Source: Eledone cirrhosa (taxonomy: Eukaryota). Taken from it: a stretch of 64,000 bases of DNA. The stretch lies in the NCBI GenBank assembly GCA_964016885.1, contig OZ024754.1, positions 28,582,001 through 28,646,000 of the forward strand, written 5' to 3'. Within the stretch, counting starts at the first letter, position 1. Each line of letters starts with the position of its first letter. Of the stretch, positions 1 to 12,180 are shown one piece after another. The translations under genes and the position numbers were made by a program. The notes under the pieces are model-generated. The model saw nothing but the letters and a program-made list of their open reading frames with translations. It did not search any database and had not been told where the DNA came from.

Positions 1-1960
1 TTTCTCCCATTTGTTCTCCTCATTTAGAAGCCTTTCGTAGTGACACTTCCAAGCTACCTTCTTATCAGCGTCGGTGATGGCAAGTATGCCATCATCGTTA
101 AGTACACACTTCTCCCCGACAATATCACGGTTTTCCTTGACACATTGCCTGGCAATCCTGAACACCTCACGTTTTTGGTCCTCACGTTGTAGAACATGCT
201 TGAACTTTCTTTCCTCTGCTTCCCTTCTTGCGAAGTACACTTGTCTCCTAGCTTCCCTCCTGGCCACTTGATAGTCTTCTCTACTTCCCCCATCCCGCCA
301 TACTTTCCAAGCCTGCTTTTTGGCCTTAATTGACTCCTCCACCTTACTGTTCCACCACCATGTTACTCTCCTCCTACCTACAGGCCTGCTCCAGCCACAG
401 ACTTCGTCTGCCGCCGTCAGCAGGTTTGCTCTCAGGAATTCCCACTGTTCCTCTATATTATACGACTCTAATTGCTCTTCCTTACTGTCGAAAGCGTCAA
501 GTAATATGCTTTGAAATTTATTTCTGGCTATGGGGTCCTTTCGCTTCCATATTTTTCTCCTGAGGATAGTCCTCTTCCGCTGTCTAGTACGTCTCGTCCT
601 GACTATGAGGTCGCTAATTATCAGTCTATGTTGGGAGGTGAATTCTTCATGGGGGAGGGATTTAGTGTTAACAACAGACACTCTGTCACGTCTTCTGGTA
701 AGGATATAATCTACCTGGCTTGTGTTTTCCCCCGATCTATAGGTGATCAAGTGATTGTCTCGTTTTTTGAAATTAGTGTTACAGATAGTTAAGTTATTTG
801 CGTCGCAGAATTCCAGGATTCTGGAGCCTTCCTCATTTCTAGTACCGAACCCATAGCCTCCATGGATTCCGTCATAGCCGTCACAATGTTGTCTAACGTG
901 ACCATTTAGGTCGCCTGCAATAACTATATAGTCACTGTCGGTTATTTGGGAGGTAGCGAGCATCAGTGTCTCGTAGAATCTGTCTTTTATAGTGCCGGGC
1001 AGTCCGGATTGGGGTGCGTACGCAGATATTACTGTCACCGTAGTTTTATTGAGGACAAGTCTTATTTTAATTATTCTGTCGTTCACTCTATTTACGTCTA
1101 TTATCTTATCTGCCCACTTTTCTGCTACCATGATTCCTACCCCACCCAACCCATTGTCATTTCCCACCCAGAAAAGCTTATAGCATCGTTCTTTACCCAC
1201 GATGAATCTAGCCGACCCTCCCCTCCACCTGGTCTCTTGAATACAATAAACATCGACCTCCTTACGTTCAAGCATTTCTACAATTGCGTTTGGAGGGTGG
1301 GAGCGGTGCGGCGCGGGGGGGGGGGGGGGTTATGTTAGCCATCCTGGGCCGAAACAAGGAGGAGTGCTTGCATTCTCGTCCACGAGGTGAATTTGGCTTT
1401 ATCTTTGGCATTGTCGCTGAGCGTCCACATTTTTCTCTCTTCAACTCTCCAGAATTCCGTAGTCCATCCATCATATCGAAAAGCAACCAGTTAAGCGATA
1501 GTATGGGCCTCTGACTTATGATTGGTCCACGTAATAATGGTGGTGCGTGGGGGCGGGAGGGAGGGATGATGGGTTGTTAGCGAGAATGTAAGGTTTAAGA
1601 TAAGATCGCCGTATTTTGGGCATAATTTAACAATAAACGAAAATACAAGATTTGTTTTGTTTCAGAAAATACGATAGAGAAAATGCGGTGATAGGGAAAA
1701 TATGATTTTTAGAGAAAAGATATGATATAGTGTGAAATTAGGACATAGAATAGTGATTGAATGAATGGGTTCGAATGGAGAGAAGAATCGAGAAAAATAT
1801 TTGAACGTTACTTTATACCGAAGGAACCGAAGGGAACAGCCATCCCAGAAATAGCAAGTTGGCGATTTTGATTAATTTTGGTAGGGTTTTATCTTATATG
1901 TATAGAGAGGGAGGGGGGGGGGGGGCAGGAACCAGCATGATGTATGGGTAGGGGGTAGAA
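1..1960 (-). mobile_element. RTE-clade LINE (family C), 5' part: long 5' UTR, decayed APE endonuclease and linker; runs off window start
   Basis: Minus strand gives MANITPPP...VEMLERKEVDV...FWVG...GIMVAEKWADKI...ISAYAP...GDLNGHV...VTWWWN with stops and a deletion. It is collinear with 23050-24810. Positions 1-135 are nearly identical to 14277-14411. Confidence 0.9.
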
Positions 1961-2078
1961 GATGGGATGGAGCAGAGGTTAAGAGTTTAAATAGGTACAC
2001 GAAGTTTTGCGTAAAACTTAGCAAGTTTAACAAAATATATTTAAAGGAATATATAATAGTGATTTGTTTTGATATGAA

Positions 2079-2118
2079 CATATATATATATATGTATATG
2101 TATATATATATATACGTG

Positions 2119-2186
<68 letters not shown>

Positions 2187-2299
2187 CGTGTATATATATA
2201 TATATATATATATGTATATGTATACGTATATATATATATATACGTTTATATACGTATATATATATATATATATATACGTATATATATATATATATATAC

Positions 2300-2354
<55 letters not shown>
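2079..2354. repeat. (TA)n microsatellite with CG/TG interruptions
   Basis: Directly visible. Confidence 0.97.
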
Positions 2355-2357
<3 letters not shown>

Positions 2358-2504
2358 TATTTTCCGTTGTGTTGTAATATAAATATTACACACAGTAGAT
2401 TATCAGCTCACGTAGAGTTTGCTCGACGGTTCCAGTTGTAGTTCCAAAAGTAATCCGGAGAAAAATAGAAAGATTTGAATGGATACAGTTTAGTTGAAAG
2501 GAAT

Positions 2505-2621
2505 TTATTGACACGTGTTTCTATAACAGTTACATAACCTAAAACAGCTATCTACAAACTTTTAGTTATGCAGACATTCAATATTTCAATGTTATTATTT
2601 ACTGTCATTTCATCAGAATAA
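2505..2621 (-). ncRNA. Type I hammerhead ribozyme motif with long stem II insert
   Basis: Minus strand reads TTATT-CTGATGA-A-ATGACAGT..(long insert)..ACTGTTAT-A-GAAAC-ACGT-GTC|AATAA. Stem I TTATT/AATAA is perfect, loop III ACGT is palindromic and the cleavage triplet is GUC. Confidence 0.8.
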
Positions 2622-2832
2622 TATTACTGAGGACCTGTTTAGTTTTTATAGAGAATATTAGGAGGGAGTGGTGAAGTTGTTAGAAGAATAGTTGAAGGAG
2701 TGGTTTTTCAATAGCAGTGAGAATTCTTGGTGGCAGTGAGTAATTAGATTCCCATCTGTTGTTTTGACATTTTTTATAGAATATATTATTGGTTATTTTT
2801 CTAAATCTATAGAAGGATTAGAGATAGTAAAG

Positions 2833-2848
2833 ATATATATATATATAC

Positions 2849-2888
<40 letters not shown>

Positions 2889-2926
2889 GTATATATATAT
2901 ATATATATATATACGTATATATATAT

Positions 2927-2960
<34 letters not shown>

Positions 2961-3076
2961 CGTATATATATATATATATACGTATATATATTATATACGT
3001 ATATATATATATACGTATATATATATACGTATATATATATATATACGTATATATATATATACGTATATATATATAC

Positions 3077-3112
<36 letters not shown>

Positions 3113-3169
3113 GTATATATATATACGTATATATATATACGTATATATATATACGTATATATATATATG

Positions 3170-3211
<42 letters not shown>

Positions 3212-3267
3212 CGTATATATATATATTTATATATATATATTTATATATATATATATATATATATACG

Positions 3268-3298
<31 letters not shown>

Positions 3299-3540
3299 AT
3301 ATATATATACGTATATATATATATATATTATATATATATATATATATATACGTATATATATATATATTTATATATATATATATATATATATACGTATATA
3401 TATATATATTTATATATATATATATATATATACGTATATATATATATATTTATATATATATATATATATATACGTATATATATATATATTTATATATATA
3501 TATTTATATATATATATATATACGTATATATATATATATT

Positions 3541-3613
<73 letters not shown>

Positions 3614-3679
3614 GTATATACGTATATATATATATATATATATATATACGTATATATATATATATATATATATATATAC

Positions 3680-3730
<51 letters not shown>

Positions 3731-3761
3731 TACGTTTATATATATGTATATATATATATAT
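2833..3761. repeat. (TA)n microsatellite with CG/TT interruptions
   Basis: Directly visible. Confidence 0.97.
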
Positions 3762-3883
3762 GTTTGTGAGTGGTGTGCGTGATTGTATGCATGAATGAGT
3801 GTTGGTATGTGTGGTTGTGGTTTGTATGCATGAGTATTAGTGTGTGAGTCGTGTCAATAAGTTTTTTTTTTTTTTTTTTTTTA

Positions 3884-6800
3884 ATGACCATGCTGTAAAA
3901 TGGAGGGGTAGAGAGGGCCCTTGAGTCTAGTAAGACATCCTCTCTAGTGCTGGTGGCACAAATAAAAGCACCCAGTCCATGCTGTAAAGTGGCGCTGGTG
4001 TTAGGAAGGGCATCCAACCAGTGTATCAATGCCAAAAAGCTTATCAGCACAGCAACAAAACAGCATAGAAAAATATGAAGACGTCGCATCTCAGAGTTGC
4101 AACACTTAATGTTGGCACTCTCAGAGGTAGATCTGCTGAAATAGCGGAGATGCTGGAGAGAAGGCAGGTGGATGTGTGCTGCGTGCAAGAGGTGAGATGG
4201 AGGGGTGCCTCTGCGAGACTAGTCGTAGGCAAGCGTCTTAGCTATAAGCTATTCTGGGTAGGTAAGGATGATGGGTTAGGGGGAGTAGGCATTTTCCTGG
4301 CTGAGAAATGGATCAATAAGACAATAGAGGTTGTTCGAGTTAGTAATCGAATAATTAAGCTTAGATTAGTTGTAGGTAGGAGACTACTGACAATCATCTC
4401 GGTCTATGCTCCCCAAGCAGGCCTAGGCAAAGATGAGAAAGACTGCTTTTATGAGCAACTTTTGCAAACAACCACAATGACAGAGGACGGAGACATCGTT
4501 ATGCTAGCAGGAGACTTCAATGGTCATGTTGGACAGCTCCAGGATGGTTACACTGGGGTACATGGTGGGCACGGTTACGGTTCAAGAAATGAAGAAGGAG
4601 TGAGACTTCTTGAATTTTGTGATGCAAGTACATTGACTATTTGCAACACAAACTTCCAGAAACCTGCCAATCACCTAATAACCTACAAATCTGGTGAGCA
4701 CATAAGCCAGATTGACTTCCTGCTAGTTAGGCAGCGGGACAGGCAGATAGTGTCTAATACCAAGGCATACCCTGGGGAAGAATGTACCCCACAGCATAGG
4801 TTAGTTGTTAGTGATATCTCAGTAAGCAAGAGATGGAATGAGACATATAGGAAGGTGTGGAGAAGAAAGGTCTGGAAGCTAAAAGACCTTTCACTAAAAT
4901 TCAAATTTAGGAAAGCCCTTCAAGATGTATATGACGAAAAAGAAGACGATTTAGAGACGTATGACATAGATAATAACTGGAAGTTCTTACGTGACAACTT
5001 GCTGAAGGCTACTGATGAAACCTGTGGCTGGAGCAGAGCTCCAACCAGACAGAGAGTGACCTGGTGGTGGAACAGCAGTGTAGATAAGGCTATTAGAGAC
5101 AAAAGACTAGCATGGAAGGCTTGGAATAAGGGTGGGAGTAGGGAAGAATATACAGCCACTAAGAGAGAAGCTAGACGTCAGGTGTACTTAGCACGCAGGG
5201 AGGCAGAGAGTAGGAGGTTTGCCAATGTTCTGCAACGGGAAGATCAGAGGCGTGCGGTGTTCCACATTGCAAGGCAGTGTGTCAATGCAAATCAGGATGT
5301 TGTTGGTGATAAATGTGTCCGGGATGATGCCGGTGTACTTAGTGTCACGAATGACCAGGACCAGAAAAAGGAGGCCTGGAAATGTCATTATGAGAGACTG
5401 ATGAATGTGGAGAACGAATGGGAGAGAGAGAAATTACCCTTGGTAGATCCGACAGAGGGACCAGCTATTGAGATTGACGAATATAGGGTCCAAGAGGCGA
5501 TTAGGGAAATGAAAAATGGTAAGGCGGCCGGACCATCGGGAATAGTTGCTGAGATGCTGAAGGCATCAGGGGACGTAGGCACTAAACTGGTTGCACGCAT
5601 AATCAATCAGGCTATATATGGTGGTGTCATACCCAAAGACTGGTGCAGCAGTATTCTCATAAATTGCTACAAAGGTAAAGGGGATGCTTTGGAGAGGAGC
5701 AATTATAGGGGTATAAAACTGATAGATCAGGTTATGAAAGTGGCAGAAAGGATTTTAGCGCAACTAATTAGAGAAAGGGTCAAACTAGATGAGATGCAGT
5801 TTGGTTTTGTGCCTGGGAAGAGTACAACAGATGCCCTCTTCTTGGTGAGACAAATGCAAGAGAGGTTCTTAGAGAAGAATAAGCCACTATACTTAGCCTT
5901 TGTTGACCTAGAGAAGGCCTTTGATAGGGTACCCCGATCTGTCATCTGGTGGTCCCTAAGGAAGCTGGGTGTTGAGGAATGGCTTGTAAGGACAGTGCAA
6001 ACTTTGTACAGAGGTACTCTCAGTAAAGTCAGGGTAGGAATGGAGTTTAGTGAGGAATTCCAGATACAAGTAGGAGTACATCAGGGTTCGGTCCTCAGCC
6101 CGCTCTTGTTCATTATAGTCCTCCAAGCCATAACAGAGTAGTTTAAGACTGGCTGTCCATGGGAACTTCTCTATGCTGACGATCTGGCTCTTATGGCAGA
6201 ATCAGTAGAGGAGCTAGAGAATAAATTCCGGCTATGGAAACAGCAGTTGGAAGCAAGAGGACTGAGAGTAAATCTAGCTAAGACAAAAGTGTTGATGAGT
6301 AGAAAAGAGGACAAAACCCTGATTCCGTCAGGGAAATGGCCATGTTCGATATGCAGAAAAGGAACTGGCATAAATTCTATAAAATGCACACAATGTAGGT
6401 CCTGGGTACACAAGAGATGTAGCGGGATAGCAGGCAAACTAACAGGTAGGGAGAAATATGTATGCAGTAGATGTACAGGGAAATTAGACAGTAGAAGTCG
6501 CACTGATAGACACATTTTTCAAATGCGAGAGGGCGCTATAGAAGTGGTGGATAGCTTCCGGTACCTAGGAGATCAGATTAGCATGGGAGGAGGGTGTTCC
6601 GAGGCCATAGTATCTAGAATAAGGACGGGTTGGAAGAAGTTTAGGGAGCTGCTTCCTCTGTTGACGAAGAAGGGTTTCTCCCTGCGTACGAAAGGCCAGT
6701 TGTATGATGCCTGTGTGAGGAGCGCGATGCTGCATGGTAGTGAGACATGGGCAGCTACCGCAGAAGATATGCGACGGCTGGAGAGAAATGAGGCAAGCAT

Positions 6801-7170
6801 GCTCCGTTGGATGTGCAGTGTAAATGTGTGTGAACGACCCAGCATAAATGTGTTGAGAGAGAAACTGTGTCTGAGAGGGATAGAATGTAGTGTACGGGAG
6901 AGGAGACTGAGGTGGTATGGACATGTGATGCGCATGGAGGATGACCGATGGGTGAAGAAGTGCCAGGAAATGCCAGTTGAAGGAAGACGTGGTAGAGGTA
7001 GACCACGAAAAACATGGGCGGAGGTGGTGAGAACAGACCTCAGATCATTGAAGCTCACGGTGGAGATGACGAGGGACCGTGACGAGTGGAGAGATGCTGT
7101 GCTGAATAAGACCTGTCCCACCCTTGCAAGCAGGGAAAAGCGGACGTAAAATGATGATGATGATGATGAT
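3884..7170 (+). mobile_element. Near full-length RTE-clade LINE (family A): short 5' UTR, single ORF, (TGA)n tail
   Basis: Single-ORF APE+RT architecture. It ends in CCCACCCTTGCAAGCAGGGAAAAGCGGACGTAAAA(TGA)n. Confidence 0.95.
4075..7149 (+). pseudogene. RTE polyprotein (APE endonuclease + reverse transcriptase + PHD-like Cys/His finger), 1024 codons, one premature TAG at 6139-6141
   Basis: ORFs 4075-6141 and 6193-7149 share a frame. Motifs: TLNVGTL, VQEVRW, GDFNGHVG, SQIDFLL, QHRLV (APE); [52 protein letters not shown] (RT); GRPRKTW. Confidence 0.95.
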
Positions 7171-7171
7171 A

Positions 7172-7421
7172 TATCTATCTATCTATCTAAGGCGGGTAAA
7201 ATTCCCGAGATCCATGGATGAGTTCTCTCCAGCGGTCTCTGTCCCTCATTATCGCTGCCATATCCTGCATCTCCAACAGACCAGTGTCTGTCCTGAGGGC
7301 ATCAACATATGTTAACCTTGGTCTACCTCTTCTAGTGTGTCCATGTAGGGGCTCCCAAAGGAGCACTGAGTGCAATGTCAACTCTGGATGTCGGTGAGCA
7401 TGTCCAGCCAACCTCAGCCAA
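7172..7421 (-). mobile_element. 3' terminal fragment of a second RTE/RTEX-like LINE with (TAGA)n tail
   Basis: Translation LRLAGHAHRHPE...LLWEP.HGHTRRGRPRLTYVD...MRDRDRWRE* followed by TAGA repeats. A second copy lies at 17052-17160. Confidence 0.85.
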
Positions 7422-7507
7422 CATACGTATATATATATATATACATATATATATATACATATGAAAAAGAACACAAGAGCGTCTACAACATCAAAAGATT
7501 TTTATTG

Positions 7508-7554
7508 GCTAACAATGTTTCTTCCTTACGTGTAACCGTAGGATTCATCAGAGC
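7508..7554 (-). ncRNA. Minimal type I hammerhead ribozyme motif
   Basis: Minus strand reads GCT-CTGATGA-ATCCTACG-GTTACA-CGTAAGGAA-GAAAC-ATT-GTT|AGC. Stem I is GCT/AGC and stem II is TCCTACG/CGTAAGGA with one bulge. Confidence 0.7.
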
Positions 7555-8318
7555 TATAAAAGGGGTTTGATTGGTGTAATGGACTCTACCAACCAAACAC
7601 CCAAGAACAAAGAGTAAAGAGAGTAAAGAGCAAAAGTAGGGGACGATAAGTCTAATTTTGGTGCGGGAGGGTGGGGTGTTGGTCCTTGTTTACTAGCTGT
7701 GGTCATATTCATTCCCGGGGGTCGTGTGGTTAGTTGAACCATAGATGGGGTGGCGTCGATAGTATGGTGCAGATGGTGCGCAAAGGCTACACAAACACAA
7801 AGGGCGTAGAATACATATATACATATAGCGGAGGAGAAGGTACATGAGGTAATTAGAAATGGAAAAAGAGTAATAATAATAATCTATAATTAATAGTGTA
7901 TAATAAGGCATGGGGAAGATTACACTATAATAAGGTATAAAGGTAAGAATAAGGTACAATATAAAGGAGGATAAAAGTGGAAATAATAATAAAGATAAAA
8001 AATATATATAGAGAGAATATATACGGAAATATAAGCGAATATTTGGAGGGGAAAACACAATGTAAAAAAACCGTTTTTTTTCAAACAATAATAAAAATAA
8101 TAAAAATATAATAATTATGGGGGGAGAAAACAGGATAGAGAAATATGATCAAGTGTGATTCGTTGAGAGAATATAGGATGATAATAGTTATGTCCAGTTT
8201 ATACATCTTAATAATAAATAATAAACAATATGTGTATTGGAGTTGCAGAACCTTCAATTCACTTACGGGTTCAAGCCACGTGGCATGGTCCATTGTTTAT
8301 CTGTGCGGTCATGTGCGT

Positions 8319-8410
8319 TTGTTTTTGACACCACAGCAGATGCACAAGTTTGTAAATTCCAATGCATTGGAATTTACAAACTTGTGCATCTGCTGTGGTG
8401 TCAAAAACAA
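8319..8410. repeat. Perfect 92-bp palindrome (46-bp arms, no spacer) abutting (TA)n
   Basis: TTGTTTTTGACACC...CCAATG|CATTGG...GGTGTCAAAAACAA, centred at 8364/8365. Confidence 0.97.
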
Positions 8411-8463
8411 TATATATATATATACGTATATATATATATACGTATATATATATATATATATAC

Positions 8464-8506
<43 letters not shown>

Positions 8507-8550
8507 CGTATATATATATATATACGTATATATATATATATACATACGTA

Positions 8551-8595
<45 letters not shown>

Positions 8596-8843
8596 GTATA
8601 TATATATATATACGTATATATATATATATATATATACGTATATATATATATATATATATATATACGTATATATATATATATACGTATATATATATATATA
8701 TACGTATATATATATATACGTATATATATATATACGTATATATATATATACGTATATATATATATATATATACGTATATATATATATATATATATACGTA
8801 TATATATATATATATATATACGTATATATATATATATATATAT
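8411..8843. repeat. (TA)n with TACG interruptions
   Basis: Directly visible. Confidence 0.97.
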
Positions 8844-10402
8844 CATCATCATCATCATCATCATCACCGTTTTACGTCCGTTCTTCCACGCTAGCATGGG
8901 TTAGACGGGTTGTCCTGTTGTGGGCAGTGTCTGGTCGGCTGACCATGCCTTGCTCATACAGGAACTGATCTGGCTTGATTTCTACAGCTGGATGCCCTTC
9001 CTAACACCAACCTCATTTACAGTGAGTGCTGGGTGCTTTTTCGTGGCGCCTACACGTCCACTTTACAGTGTGGGCTGGGTGCTTTTTTGCCGTGGCACCT
9101 CCACGACCACCTTGCGGTGGGGGGGGGGGGCATATTGTTTATATGCTTCAGCATGTACCCATGGGAGGTCGGGTACCCTGTATTACTGCGTGACGCCAGA
9201 AGTCACGGTCGTGTGTCATTGACTTTGAGAGGTGTAGTTGGGTAAGGTCGGCTTTTATCACCTCATCCCAAGTCATCTTGGGTCTCCCCACTCCGCGGTT
9301 TCCATCAACTTCTAGTGCTCTGCACCTTTTTATGCAGCTGTCATCCTTCATACGCATCACATGTCCATACCAGCGTAACCGCCTCTCCTGCACGCAGCAT
9401 TTGATTCCTCTTATGCTCAGTCTCTCTCTCAATTCATTTATGCTTTGTCGTTCACGTATATTACTGTTACACATCCATCGGAGCATGCAGGCTTCGTTTC
9501 TCTCTAATCTACGTAAGTCTTCCACCTTCAGCGCCCAGGTCTCACTACCATGCAACATCGCTGTTCGGATACACGCATCATACAGTCTGCCTTTCATTCT
9601 GAGGGAGAAGCCTTTTGCAGCTAGCAGTGGTAGTAGTTCCCTAAACTTCTTCCATCCCGTTCTTACCCTAGTTATTGTACTTTCTGAGCACCCACCTCCG
9701 TTGCTAATTCGGTCACCTAGGTAGCAGAAGCTGTCTACTGTTTCTACAGGGCCCTCCCAGAGATTGGTGGTACTTGTTTCCTGTGGCTGTTTGCTTGCTG
9801 TTTCAGCACAGCTGCTGCATGTGAATCCTACATTCTTAATTAAGCTTCCTGAGATCCCGCTACATCTCTTGTGTACCCATTGTTTGCATTTGGGGCAAAG
9901 AATGGAGTTCCTACCTACACCTTTCCTACATACTGAGCAAGGCCATTTCCCTGAGGGGATCTGGGTTCTGTTTTCTCGTCTACTTATAAGGACCTTAGTC
10001 TTTGTCATGTTGACTTTGAGGCCCTTTCTCTCTAGTCCCTGCTTCCAGGTTTGGAATTTATTCTCTAGTTCTACCATAGATTCAGCTATGAGTGCGAGGT
10101 CATCAGCATACAGGAGTTCCCATGGGCATCCGGTCTTAAACTCCTCCGTTATTGCCTGCAGGACTATGATGAACAGGAGAGGGCTAAGAACAGAACCCTG
10201 GTGGACCCCAACCTGTACGCTAAATTCCTCGCTATACTCATTGCCAATCCTAACTTTGCTGACTGCTCCCCTATACATGGCTTGTACCGCTTTCACAAGC
10301 CATTCATCTACTCCTAGTTTTCTAAGAGCCCACCAGATTACTGCACGTGGAACTCTGTCAAAGGCTTTCTCAAGGTCGACAAATGCCAAGTAGAGTGGCT
10401 TA
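8843..10402 (-). mobile_element. 5'-truncated RTE LINE (family B): open RT C-half, PHD-like finger, 3' UTR and (TGA)n tail, embedded in (TA)n
   Basis: Open frame [18 protein letters not shown]...LYADDL...WPCSVC...GRPKMTW to the stop at 9148. The (ATC)n tail is at 8843-8866 on +. Confidence 0.95.
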
Positions 10403-11570
<1,168 letters not shown>

Positions 11571-11790
11571 CTTAAACGATCGACTTTCGTCAAATCGGAC
11601 CGAGGGAACAATGTTCCCGTTGGTCTTTCCAATTGCTAATACTATCTATCGGTCGCAACTCCAGGTAGAAGGAGCAACGTGAAATAAAGTGTCTTGCTCA
11701 AGGACATAACGTGTCGCCTGGTCCAGGAATCGAACTCACAACCTTACGATTGCGAATCCAATTCTCTAACCATTCAGCCACACGCCTTCA
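11571..11790 (-). mobile_element. tRNA-derived SINE
   Basis: Minus strand has box A-like TGGCTGAATGG and box B GAGTTCGATTCC, then the body TCCTTGAGCAAGACACTTTATTTCAC shared with 14998 and 20165. Confidence 0.85.

Positions 11791-12179
<389 letters not shown>

Positions 12180-12180
<1 letters not shown>

Noticed and set aside
1790-2000. Penelope GIY-YIG C-terminus ([11 protein letters not shown]) and a degenerate hammerhead on the minus strand
   Set aside because: The core motifs are broken, and the region appears homologous to the RTE family C leader at 23050-23250, which explains it more simply.
6139-6141. Programmed stop-codon readthrough in the RTE ORF
   Set aside because: Sibling copies have GAG at this position, so a simple nonsense mutation is more parsimonious.
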